Below, one piece after another: positions 37,087 through 48,552 of a DNA stretch of 64,000 bases. The stretch covers positions 3,906,001-3,970,000 of the forward strand of contig JAQFVV010000009.1 in the NCBI GenBank assembly GCA_028023455.1, given 5' to 3'. Source of the stretch: Epiperipatus broadwayi (taxonomy: Eukaryota; Animalia; Onychophora). The notes beneath the pieces were generated by a model that did not search any database, was not told the DNA's origin, and saw nothing but the letters and a program-made list of their open reading frames with translations. Numbering within the stretch: the first letter of the stretch is position 1; the number at the start of each line of letters is the position of its first letter. The translations under genes were made by a program, and so were the position numbers.

Positions 37087-37437
37087 CTGAAACACAGACT
37101 TATTATATACCTGTGTCTATATATGTAATATAGGGTATATGAGCACAGACTTTCAGATGATCCATCACTCTCCACTCTATCTAATAACACTGATACACTC
37201 AAGCACATATATGCTGAAAAGATAAATAATCACCAATATACGTATTTCATGCTCACTTATAGTATATATGTGTGGGAGATGATAATCTGGACCAACTGAT
37301 GATTGCTGGTTTAGCATGAAATACATATATTGGTGATTATTTATCTTTTCAGCATATATGTGCTTGAGTGTATCAGTGTTATTAGATAGAGTGGAGAGTG
37401 ATGGATCATCTGAAAGTCTGTGCTCATATACCCTATA
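37087..37437 (+). mobile_element. HHR-bearing insertion, family C (128-bp inverted arms 37126-37253 and 37313-37440)
   Basis: Arms differ at one CpG-type site. 15-bp TSD ttaaacatttaataa at 37072-37086 and 37438-37452. Confidence 0.85.
37282..37340 (+). ncRNA. Minimal type I hammerhead ribozyme (family C)
   Basis: ataatc-tgg-accaa CTGATGA t tgct-ggttt-agca t GAAA tac(a)ta TA ttggt-gattat. The inverted arm preserves the palindrome ATACGTAT. Predicted cleavage after A37329. Confidence 0.8.
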
Positions 37438-38199
37438 TTAAACATTTAATAAATAAAGTTTATTTTCTTTGTTGTTTAATTGAAAAAAGACTTTTTTTTT
37501 TCTTTTCTATTACCATTTTGTTGGGAAATAATAAAAAGAAAATCCCATATATCTAAAACAGTTAGACACTTACACTTTTATAACTTAGAATAAACAGAAG
37601 AAAAAAAACAACCTACACACTAATGTCAAAGGCATATTAATTTATTATGTTTAATTTGATTATTTGTTTTCAGTTTAAAAATATATACATATGGGTTTAT
37701 TCAAAGCCAAAATAATAGACACACATCATATGTTCAATTATAAATCATTTTTAAGGATCTTAAGCTGGTATACCTTCTAAAAACTTATTGTAACAAAACG
37801 ATCAACTTTTGAATTATATATTATAATAATATAGGAATCATAATGCCAATTTAAATAAAAGTATGTGTTACATTTTTCACATTTTAAAATAAAGCAAACA
37901 AAATCAACTTTTAAAAAAAATAAGATTCTAGACAATTTCATTTTGGAATAGATTATGAATGTTAATTTTATTGAAACTATTATTATAAACATTAGAATGT
38001 TTACAATTCAAAAGTTCCTTATCATACCACATCTAATATTTTGCTTTACCATAAGTTTTTTAGAATGTTCTAATTCATGAACAAAAATGTCCAAGAATAA
38101 ATTGAAAATATTTGAAAGATTACAATTTATGGTTGAGAACACAACTGCTAAATAATTTTTAATTGAATTAATTAGAAAAAATATTAAAAGGCAGATAAT

Positions 38200-38700
38200 A
38201 AATTAGATAAAAGAATTAACTGGGAAGTACATTTTAATGATGCCATGCCAAAATTGGAATGAATATTCAAATATAATAATATACAATGTATCAAGTATTG
38301 TAATAAAAGTTTAAAAAAATAATATGTAAAAAAAGAAAAATGTTACTAAAATTAAAAAGATTTTGTAAAAAAATATTAATATAGTATCATAACAAAAGTA
38401 AGATTGCAATTGAAGATATTTATGCTAACAATAAAATTAATAATTTATTATTTAAGCTTAGCAAATCTAGAGTCAAAAGGATGAATTAAGAAGTGGAAAA
38501 AAGATTTAAATTTGCTTATGTTATTTATCTGAGTGTGAAATAAAAAAATATTGAACATTTATTATTAGAATGTAAGAGATGAAATGATAAAATTATGGTA
38601 TACATTATATAGAATAAGAAGAAAAAATGTAATGAATAAAGAGTTAATGAGTTTCAGAGTGAATGAGAAATAACAAAAAAATTAGGAATACAGTAGTGGA
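38200..38700 (+). mobile_element. Highly decayed LINE 3' fragment
   Basis: IEDIY.NN..NLLFK and IEHLLLEC-like remnants resemble the C-terminus of the 54.7-58.4 kb LINEs. Confidence 0.4.
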
Positions 38701-40109
38701 AAAAATGAAGAAGTCTTTTGATAAATAAAATTTAAAAAGAAATAGAAACTACAGATAAGAGTTTTATAAATACAATGTACTAGTTCCACAGCATTTGGCT
38801 TCAAATCCTTTGGTGAGTAAACTTAAAATTATAGATAACACAAAATATTTTATAATATATATTTTAATAACACACACATATATATTAGTATAGATCTTTT
38901 ACTATACTGTATATACAATATTATTAACTACAGTGTTTTCCAATGATATATATATATATAATTTCTGGTGTTGTCAAATTAGTAAAATATTGACAAATCA
39001 TTTTTCGTCAACACTATCCTTGCTAGAGTGTCAAAACAAATTCGGAATGACCATTTGCATTTGCAAATCTTAGATATAGTCAATCTAGCAAGTAGTTTAG
39101 ACAAGGATAAAATCAATTATATACCAGATGCAACACAACATTGTTTTATATATCCAAGACTACAAATGTGAAAGGTCATTTTGCATTTTCATGATAGTCT
39201 AGCAAGAAAAAGGATAATGAAAATTATTTTTATAGCATTATATTAAATTGTCAAGAGCTTAAATTAATTATGAATAGAAAGTTTTTTTACTTTCAATTTT
39301 AGCAAATATAAATATTATTATTTGATTTATGATCATTATAGAATTTTAGCTATTAACCAAAATGAGAATCCATTTTCAATCAGGCAAAAACACTGCTCCT
39401 AGATAATGTAATTTCAGTTTGCAATGCCCATTTTTAATTAGTACTTTGCGTTAATGCATAGTGAGTATTTTCATTAAATTTCCAAAATTTCAAGTCCATA
39501 AACCTCTGAAAAATCTTCTGGTCAAAACCCATAGTGAATGTATTTAGAAAATTATTACATTTTCAATCTTCATATATGTGAATATTATTGTCTGATCTAG
39601 GATTCTTATAAATCTCAGATATTAATTAATTAAAAATGGAATTCACATTTAGCTTAAAATATTTCAGCAAAAAACATTTTTACTGGATGATATAATTTTA
39701 TATTACAATATCTGTTTTTAACTGTTATTTTGTTTTATTACATTATGCTAAAAATGTATTTATAAAAATATACAAGCGTATTTCTCGTTAAATTTCAATA
39801 TTTAAATATATTTATCTTTATGAACGATTTTGGGCATTTGAATGGTCTCTGATTATATACCACCATTATTATACTGTCAATGTTCATATTCAGCAAACTT
39901 TATGGATGTACGAATTAATTTACGTATCATAAATTGATGTTTTTATATTATTTAAATAAATGATTAATCATTCATCAATCAGATATTTATGTCTCTGTGT
40001 GTTATTAAATATATATACAGTATATGTGTGTGTTTGTCTATGTGTATATGGTAGAATAACTCCATTTTTTAAAAACATTTTCAGAATGCATAACAGGAAA
40101 TATTTTGAG

Positions 40110-40450
40110 GATTAAAATGAGAAGAAAAGAAAGTAAAAATAATGGAGATTACTTGAGTCATTTAAATTGTGTTGACGTTGTGGCTGTTTTTATAAATAAT
40201 GCTTCAGAATTGCAAAAAGTGTTACAAAAGCCATCAGATGAAAGCAATAAAGATAAATACTGGAAAGATTATTTGAATAAATGTTTAACGGCTTGTCGAT
40301 AAATAAAAATGAAGATAAACTTTAATAATAATGAATTAAGAGAAGTTAGCAAGGGGTTTCATAGATTTTTCACTTGGGCATAAGTAATCACCACATCAGT
40401 AATAGATAAGATTAAAATGTTATCAACAATAACAGTAATGATGATGATCA
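40110..40450 (+). mobile_element. Internally deleted RTE RT fragment
   Basis: NGDYLSHLNCVDVVAVFINNASELQKVLQ matches RTE motif C context; (GAT)n tail at ~40438-40448. Confidence 0.55.
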
Positions 40451-40927
40451 TCAGTTCACACATAGAGGACAATCAGAGAGGCTATTGATATTTTAAAAAG
40501 ATCAGACTATCCCCAAAATTTTATAAAACGTGTTTATCAAAAACTAAAACTAATAAATTAATCAGCCCACCGCCTTCCCACACTTTATCATGACATCAAC
40601 TAAATTACACATTAGATAAAATAATTAAAAGCTAAATCAACAATGTTTTCAGCAACCATATAATTTAATACCCATGTGACGATAAATGAAATCAAGTCAA
40701 ATACTTAAATTAGCAACCACATATAGAGGAGAATCCAAAAATTGTATTTGCATCTTTTATTATAAAAATCTTTTTAAATATATATATATGTTATGATAAT
40801 CAAATTTATTCTTAATTACGAATATCTATCAAGTTTTTTGAATTTATGCAATTCTTATAATATTTTGTACTTAAAAAAATTATTATTATATGAATGTGTA
40901 GGTTTCAATAGCTTATAAACTAACAAG

Positions 40928-40970
40928 TTTTTTTTTTCTCATGTCAAATGCGTTTACCGGGAAGCGAACC
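40928..40970 (-). mobile_element. 5'-truncated tRNA-Gly SINE (T arm, acceptor 3' strand, tail)
   Basis: Reverse complement reads ggttcgcttcccggtaaacgcatttgacatgagaaaaaaa. Confidence 0.65.
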
Positions 40971-41350
40971 TTAAGGATTTTTAAGGTGGAAATACAACCT
41001 GTATAAATTTGAAACGACAAAAAATTGGAACACCAAAAATTATGTAGTAGACTTGGTAAAAATAGACTGCAATTTAAATGCACATTCTAAAACAAATTAA
41101 AGATTTTAATTAGATATAATATGGGGGGGGGGGGGATTATGAATATCTATGGTTTTCTTCCCATGCATAGTTTCCAAAAATTAAAAAAAAAAAAAACTTG
41201 CCACAGAATTTTAATATCAGCATTACTTGTTTATTTACATCTTTGCTATTGGCGTCAAAAGTAGTCCAATGGAAACTGGATTTTTTTAACAATAAGCCCA
41301 TTCATAACTTTTTTTATAGCTTTCACTTTAAATTAAAAAAATTAAGTTTT

Positions 41351-41451
41351 TGTCAAGCATTGGTAGTCGAGAGGTCAGCAATAGCCGCTTTACAAGCAGT
41401 TGTCCCGGGTTAGCGGGTTCGCTTCCCGGCTGATGCTATGACACATGAAAA
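41351..41451 (+). mobile_element. tRNA-Gly-derived SINE, TAC subfamily
   Basis: tgtcaa GCATTGG...TTTACAA GCAGT...gggttagc gggttcgcttcccgg ctgatgc tatgacacatgaaaa. Confidence 0.75.
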
Positions 41452-42788
41452 TTTTTTTTTGCATTTCTAAGAATATATATCAATCTATAGAGTTTAATAA
41501 TATCATGAACACATTTATCTACCACTGTCAGTTAAAGTAAAATAAGTATATATATATATATATTTAAGCATAAATACTTGAAAATATATATTTATAATTT
41601 TTATTAGAAGTTTAAAATATTTTTATGCAAGTTGTACTTTTGTACTCAAATAAGCAATTAATTTGTATTTGTGTTTATAAAGTATAAACACAACTCAATC
41701 TATGTTTTAAGCATACTAACTATTTCAACCTTTTCAATTACATAAACATTGTAACTACTGATGCACTCAGTCAGACTTTATGCAAACCCACAAACTGTAT
41801 ATGCATGAAGGGAAAAGCAACATATGTTTCTATTAATATCAGTATTTTATAACAAGTGATTCTTGGTAGAAACTCAAGCAAAGTAATCTAAACCAAATCT
41901 TTGTTATTGTTTTTTAAATTATTTAGTATTTTCATGCCTATTTCTAATTCTAATTTAGTTATTATAAAGTTTTAAAAACTTTGATATTGAAGATATGCAG
42001 TAATGGCATTTTATTCATCTAGTTAAATTATTAATTGGTAAATATATTTTTTAAAAATTCAAATTTTATTTATAACTTAATAAATACAGTTAACTTTTAG
42101 TAAAAGCACAACCTTATTTTTCCCTATTTTTTAAGTGTTACAGATCTGATCAACAGCTAGTACGAAACTTGAATCTGCTGATCTTTAGATCCAAGGCTAC
42201 AACATAGTCTGTTTGGTAATAGTTTCACCTTAAATTCTGTATTCATGAATCTAAAGTTCACCAATTCAATTCCCATGCTAGCTGTCACTAATCAAGTTAG
42301 CAGCCCCTTAAGAAGAAAGGAGAATAATAGTATTCAAAAGATTAAGTTTTGTATTAACTTTTGTATTATTATTAATGAATGAATATATTTAGAAAAGTAC
42401 AAATAGAATATAATTTTTTAAAAAAAATTAATTTATTTATTTAAGCGTTAATGAAGTAAAATCTTAACTATTTAATTATATAATAAAAATAGCCTAACAT
42501 ATCATTATAAACTTTGATATTCTTGTTGAAAAATGTATTTGGAATAAAATATTTTTACATCATAAAAAATATACAACAGCCTCATGATACATATTATTTC
42601 TGATTTTTATAATTATTTAGTTATGAAATCATAGTTCTGATTAGTTTAGCATTCAAGAAAAAAATTTCAAAGCAGATTATTCAATTGATTTTATACCAGT
42701 GGTGCTTCTTGTTGAATTAAAAGCAAAATGTCACCCTGCATACTACTGCCGAAATTTCAACTAATGTGCTTAAAGCCATTCTTTTTTT

Positions 42789-42881
42789 TTTTTCATATGT
42801 CAAATGCGTTGACTAGAAAGCAAACCTGGGCCAGCTGCTTGGAAGGCAGCTATGCTAACTGCTAGGCCACCAATGCTTGAC
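42789..42881 (-). mobile_element. tRNA-Gly(TCC)-derived SINE retaining the TCC anticodon
   Basis: gcatagctgccttccaagcagctgg matches the metazoan tRNA-Gly-TCC anticodon arm. 15-bp TSD agccattcttttttt at 42774-42788 and 42882-42896. Confidence 0.8.
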
Positions 42882-44301
42882 AGCCATTCTTTTTTTGTCC
42901 ATAACTTTTTATTTTTTGAATTTTAAAACCATTTCTTTACTTTCTATGACTTTTCTTTAGGAAAAAGTAGATTAATTCAGTCTTAATATATTATAATGTT
43001 AACATTATATAAATTATTATTTATAGAAATGTAATTCAAACAAGTGAGAAAATAGCATGAAAATTGAATTAGCAAAATCATGTAATAAAATATATAATAA
43101 AAGATTGAGTGTTCACATAGAATTAAGATTTTGCTACACAACTAAAAAGATAGCAACACATTTTAACAGCCAATTCACACGATCAATTTAGATGTGAATT
43201 GAAATAATTGATTATATTGTAAAAGGGGGAAGAGTGTGTGTTTGTTGTTACTAACTTTAAAAAGTAATCCAAACTATGAAATGTGATATAAAATGAAAAC
43301 TATGACATTTGTACATGTATGATATTTAAACATAAATGTGCAGTTATGAAATTATTTATATATGCAAAGGTATAAATAAAATTGTAAGAACTTAAGGCCA
43401 GCTAATCCAGTCAGGTTGAAGGTCTAAATCAAAGTTTGAGCAAAGATGATTAAAATATAGCAGATTAATAATGGTAAATTCAATATTTATCGTGGAATAA
43501 AGCAAATACAGTTCACTAGATTTAAAGTGGAAAGCAATTCTTCAATAGATAGATGAAAAACTTTATTACTTATTTATTTCTAACAAATAGCAAAATAATA
43601 TTAAAACTGATGTAAATGAGGAAATTGTATATTATTAAACAAACTTTTTTATTATAAAATAAAAAATACTTTTATTAATTTTTAATAATTAATTTACATA
43701 AAGATTGTTCATTTTAAAATTTAAAATCCAATCTTATACGATCAAATGTAAGTTTTAAAAAATACTTATAAATACATTTTAGATTAAATTATTTTTTGTG
43801 TGTGTCCAATTTTTTAAATTATTTTTTAATGTTTTTTTTTTTTAAGAAAATGAATCATTGCTTTCAATTTTATGCAGCACAGATTATTGCACAGGAGGTC
43901 TGTGGGATAAAAAAAACACAAAACAATGTCATAGACAGTTGAAGTTACTTATTGATCAGATATGTTGAGATGAGCTATTGGTTAGAGTGAGAGCCAAGTG
44001 TTTTAAGGATGAAGTATAAAATTTCCTAAAGAGGTAGCAGAATGATTATAAAAATATCAAGTTTAATAGTGCAATAAAGCTAAACCAGTATTAAAAATCA
44101 TAAGTTATCAGTATTATTTCAATTGTTGTTGAGAAACATTTATTTACATTATATGCAGTGCAAATCTTAATTGAATCCTTGAATATTATCTTGAAATATA
44201 ATTACTGATAAATTTATTTAAATGCACATTGATTACATAAGTAATATTTACTAAGGCTTTACATGCATATTCTTGAAGTTAAAGCCTTAGTAAATATTAC
44301 T

Positions 44302-45162
44302 GATAAAGTATTGGTTGTAGAGCCTGAAAGTGTCTTGTAGCCTCCCTGCTAATATGGCCTATAGTTAACAACTCATCAACAAGCAGAATAATTATAGATA
44401 AACTGATATACACTAAGGATTAAAACTACAAGAAAATCAAAAGTTATATCAAGACCAGCCAAAACTTGAACAACTTATCTATCAAGAGGGATATTGTCAG
44501 AAGTATATGTTTTCAAAATTATGTCATGCATAATGAAAATGAAGTGATCTAAAGGTAATTGTATTACATTCAAATATCAGCCTTTCAAGCTAATTGTGCA
44601 TGCGCTTTTGTGAGTGTTAATAATAATAAATGAATACTTTCCTCTCCAATACAAGATATAGTATTTATGCAGGAATAAAATGAATCCACTTATTCCTACA
44701 ACTCAAATGCTTATATATGAGCAAATCTGAAGTACTGGCAAGGAAAGCATGAGGATGGACCACTCACTTTAAATTACTATATACGATGTCTGAATGAATG
44801 ACGTCGGTGAAATTGTCTAGAATTTACTAAACATCACTCTAACTGAAACTTAATCATATGTAAATAAGCATTTATTTTTATATAGCGCATGTTTACAATT
44901 GTATTACATTCAAATATCAGCCTTTCAAGCTAATTGTGCATGCGCTTTTGCGAGTGTTAATAATAATAAATGAATACTTTCCTCTCCAATACAAGATATA
45001 GTATTTATGCAGGAATAAAATAAATCCACTTATTCCTACAACTCAAATGCTTATATATGAGCAAATCTGAGGTATTGGAGAGGAAAGTATTTATTTATTA
45101 TTATTAACACTCGCAAAAGCACATGCACAATTAGCTTGAAAGGCTGATATTTGAATGTAATA
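44302..45162. mobile_element. Decayed PLE-type composite, family B: RT-like fragment, 340-bp-period tandem duplication, terminal inverted piece
   Basis: ~44350-44480 translates WPIVNN...IKSYIKTSQNL, resembling the PLE RPIV...SYIKD region. 44557-44730 repeats at 44897-45070. 45072-45162 is an inverted copy. A 22-bp inverted repeat at 44240-44301 precedes it. Confidence 0.6.
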
Positions 45163-46936
45163 TTTTATTTAGTCTTTTTTTTCTTTATTATATATATATT
45201 GAATAAGAAATGCTAAACAATGTAACTTTTCACCTGAAAAATATAATTCATTAGCTTATTTGTATATAAATAACAAATGATTTAAGAGAGTTTGGGTAGT
45301 ATGTATTTATATCTACAAAGTAATGTGTTTTCTTATATATAAATATAAGGTTAAAAATAGTTAACTCAGATAATAAACTCAGCCAGAGATATTTACAAAT
45401 ATGCATGCTATATAAAAATGATTTATGCATTTATATATGAATACAATATAACTTTTTTACTTTAAATTTCTTTGTCAATTTTTTAATTTATTATTATAAA
45501 GTGTTATTTTAAAATTTAGTACTAGTAGCTATATTCATTTTACATTCCATTCTCAACTTAGTTGTTACTTATACATGGGATTACAGGATCATATGATATA
45601 CAAAAGAGGGTTTAACAATGCTTCAAATTGTGCAAGATTACAGGTAATCTAATAAAAGAGGATAAATATATAAGAACAAGTAGTCAGGTTTTTTTTACAA
45701 AAGTGGTCCCAGAGATTTGAGAAACAGTCTTATCCTCAAGATAAATAAAACTGATTTGCACTATCCAATATTTTTTATGGACAGTTTAAAGAATCAAGTA
45801 AGGGTGATTATAGTTAGGGAAGTATAACCATAAATTGATGATAATAAATGGTTCTAACAGTAATCTTATTAGTAATCAAAGTTGTGATGAATGAATAAAA
45901 GTTTATGATGCTGAGGGAAAAGGACATTAGCATAGAACCAATTCATTATGCTTGGGCATTCTACTCATAACATCTTTATTAATCATTTATCAAGTTATTA
46001 TTTTTCTATCCAATATATATATATATTGATATAAAATATCCAAACAATAAGTATAGAATATAGAGATGTTTAAATAATCATAATAATGAGTGATATTTTC
46101 CAATGAAATAAACAGCTAAAACATTGACAAAGATTGGGAATTAGAGACAAACAGAATAATAACAGAAAAAATTTATTTATGATTATGTTTGAATATTGTT
46201 TACCAATAATTAAACAATTTTAGTTGGTTACTTTTGAGACTGCTTTAATTAAGAGATTAAAATGTTAAAAAAAAATAACATTTGAAAAACATATTGATAA
46301 ATTGTTTTTTTGTTTTGTTACGTTTAAAACAAGCTTCAATGAAATAATATAGTTGAAAATTATAATTATTATCTGGCAGATTATCAAACCTGTTTTTTTT
46401 TAGTTGTTTTTGAAATAAACTATAATTAAAAATTAAATGTAAAAATAAAATATTATATTTGAAAAAAAAAACATATTGCGAATTGAAAGATAATATTTAT
46501 TTAACTTACATTGTTTAATTGTTTTCTAGTAAAAAGAAACAATGCTAAAAAAATGATCTAAAAAGTGAGAAGACTAAGAGATAAATATTTTGTGAAATGA
46601 AGTCAGAAACAATTACTGAGAACACTGCCAGAGATTTTACTATTCAATGTATATAATTCCATCATGTAATTAGTAAGCATTAGATGACATGGAAGAACAA
46701 AACTAGACTAATTTCTTCATTATTCTATTGCATTAACGAAGATCTCAGAAATCAATTGAAATTGGAAAAGGATAAGAACCATTTTGAAATGTTATATCTT
46801 ACAACATATCATTCTACATTTTCTGTATTAAAACAAAAAAACTAACTTAAACTTGAAAAAACTTTATAATACAGTTTCATTATGAAATCTATCCAATGCA
46901 GCAAAATCTATTCAGATTGTAAGAATGATTTATTTT

Positions 46937-47086
46937 AAACCACTAAACATCACACGATCAATATTTCTTATGCTAGCACATATTTGTTATTAAAACAGGC
47001 AAAACTCTCCACAAGCCTTCTGGCATCCATTGATTACTCTGATTGGCACTGAGTGGCACTATTGTATGGAGAGTTTTGCCTGTTTT
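46937..47086 (-). mobile_element. Family A copy 4 (terminal piece + inverted piece)
   Basis: Contains the family terminus tgatgtttagtggttt in reverse. 13-bp TSD aatgatttatttt at 46924-46936 and 47087-47099. Confidence 0.8.
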
Positions 47087-48552
47087 AATGATTTATTTTG
47101 AGAGTAGATATGACCTCAGGCTATATTTCTTTTAAAATTATAAATATATTTCCTTTAGTTATGTTAAATGATATAACCATCATTTATATTTAATATTTTT
47201 TATGAAGATGGTATACAAACTTTAGGACTATATGTGTGCAGTCAATATACATACATGTACAAAAAATGGTAAAAATTTCATAACATATCAATTCATTTTA
47301 TTTTTTTATCAGCAGATCAATTTGTATTACTTGATATTATATATAAACAGTATAATCTTTTATAATGAACAAAATTATTTCCAGAAGATTGTTGTTATAT
47401 CATAGATTGAAATAAATGTATTTAGGAGTAATTAATTCCAGGAAATAGCTTAGAACAAAATTAGCATCCATCACAACATTTTAAACAGAAAATAATATAA
47501 TATGCAATCAAAAATATAAGTGTAGGAATACATATAAAATTGTTGTACATATTGCATAGTTTGATTTTGATGGCTTTTAAAAGCATTAAATAAAAATATA
47601 AATAAGATTATCCTAATAAAAATTCACAAATCATCAACTGAACCACATTATTTCTCACATGGAAATTTTTTTTTCCTTTATGCTAAATTCTAATGTCTTT
47701 CTCACTCACAATAAAATTAAAAATGTATTTTTAAAAGCATAAACAAGCTTATGCTAATAAAAATCCCTTTATTCTGCTTTCATATATGGAAATTATTTCT
47801 TCTTTATGTTATGTTACAACAGTTTTCTGATTTTTTAAAAATAAAACAAACTTTGAAATTATAATACACTTATAAAAATCACTTTGCTTTTGGTTTTTCA
47901 TTTGAAAATTATTTAATTTTTATCAGAATTAATCAGATATCTAATTATATTTACTGGAAAACCTCTAAATGTTTTGCACACATATCTTATATCAGCCATC
48001 ACAGCATTTATATTTGTTAATAGTTTTACAGCCTTTTTATTTGAAATTTTGTCTTTATCATACCTTGATTAGAATTCTAAGTTTTGCTTTTTAAACTTAT
48101 GTTTAAAATTATTATGCTTATGTAAGAAAATATTTTTTAAAAATTGTGCAATATATTTTTATTGCTAAAGATACACTTAATCAGTTAAGTGAACTAAATT
48201 GATAAAGTAAACCTTACAAAACATAACAAAAATGTTTTCATTATAGCATTTGCCTTCAATGTACAAATATTAATTTGGTGAGAAAAAGTGTTTATTGTAA
48301 ATTTGTACGCAATAGAAGATATGTATATAGTACACAAAAAAATCTATATGTATTAAAGTATAATAGATTAAAAAGAGATGATATTATAACTATTTAAAAC
48401 ATCCATTTCCATTATTTCATATAATATTTAAAATCTAAATGCTTAAATAAGTTGTAGACTTTATTCTTCCTGTTAAAAACTGGGATATATGCAGAGAGGA
48501 AAAGATGAAAAGTGGTTAGAGAAATTAATTATACAAACAATATAAAGTATAA

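Noticed and set aside
44785-44830. ctgaatga...gtgaaattgtc hammerhead-like string
   Set aside because: Extra base in the core, no coherent stem II, no stem I pairing, and probably on the antisense strand of family B.
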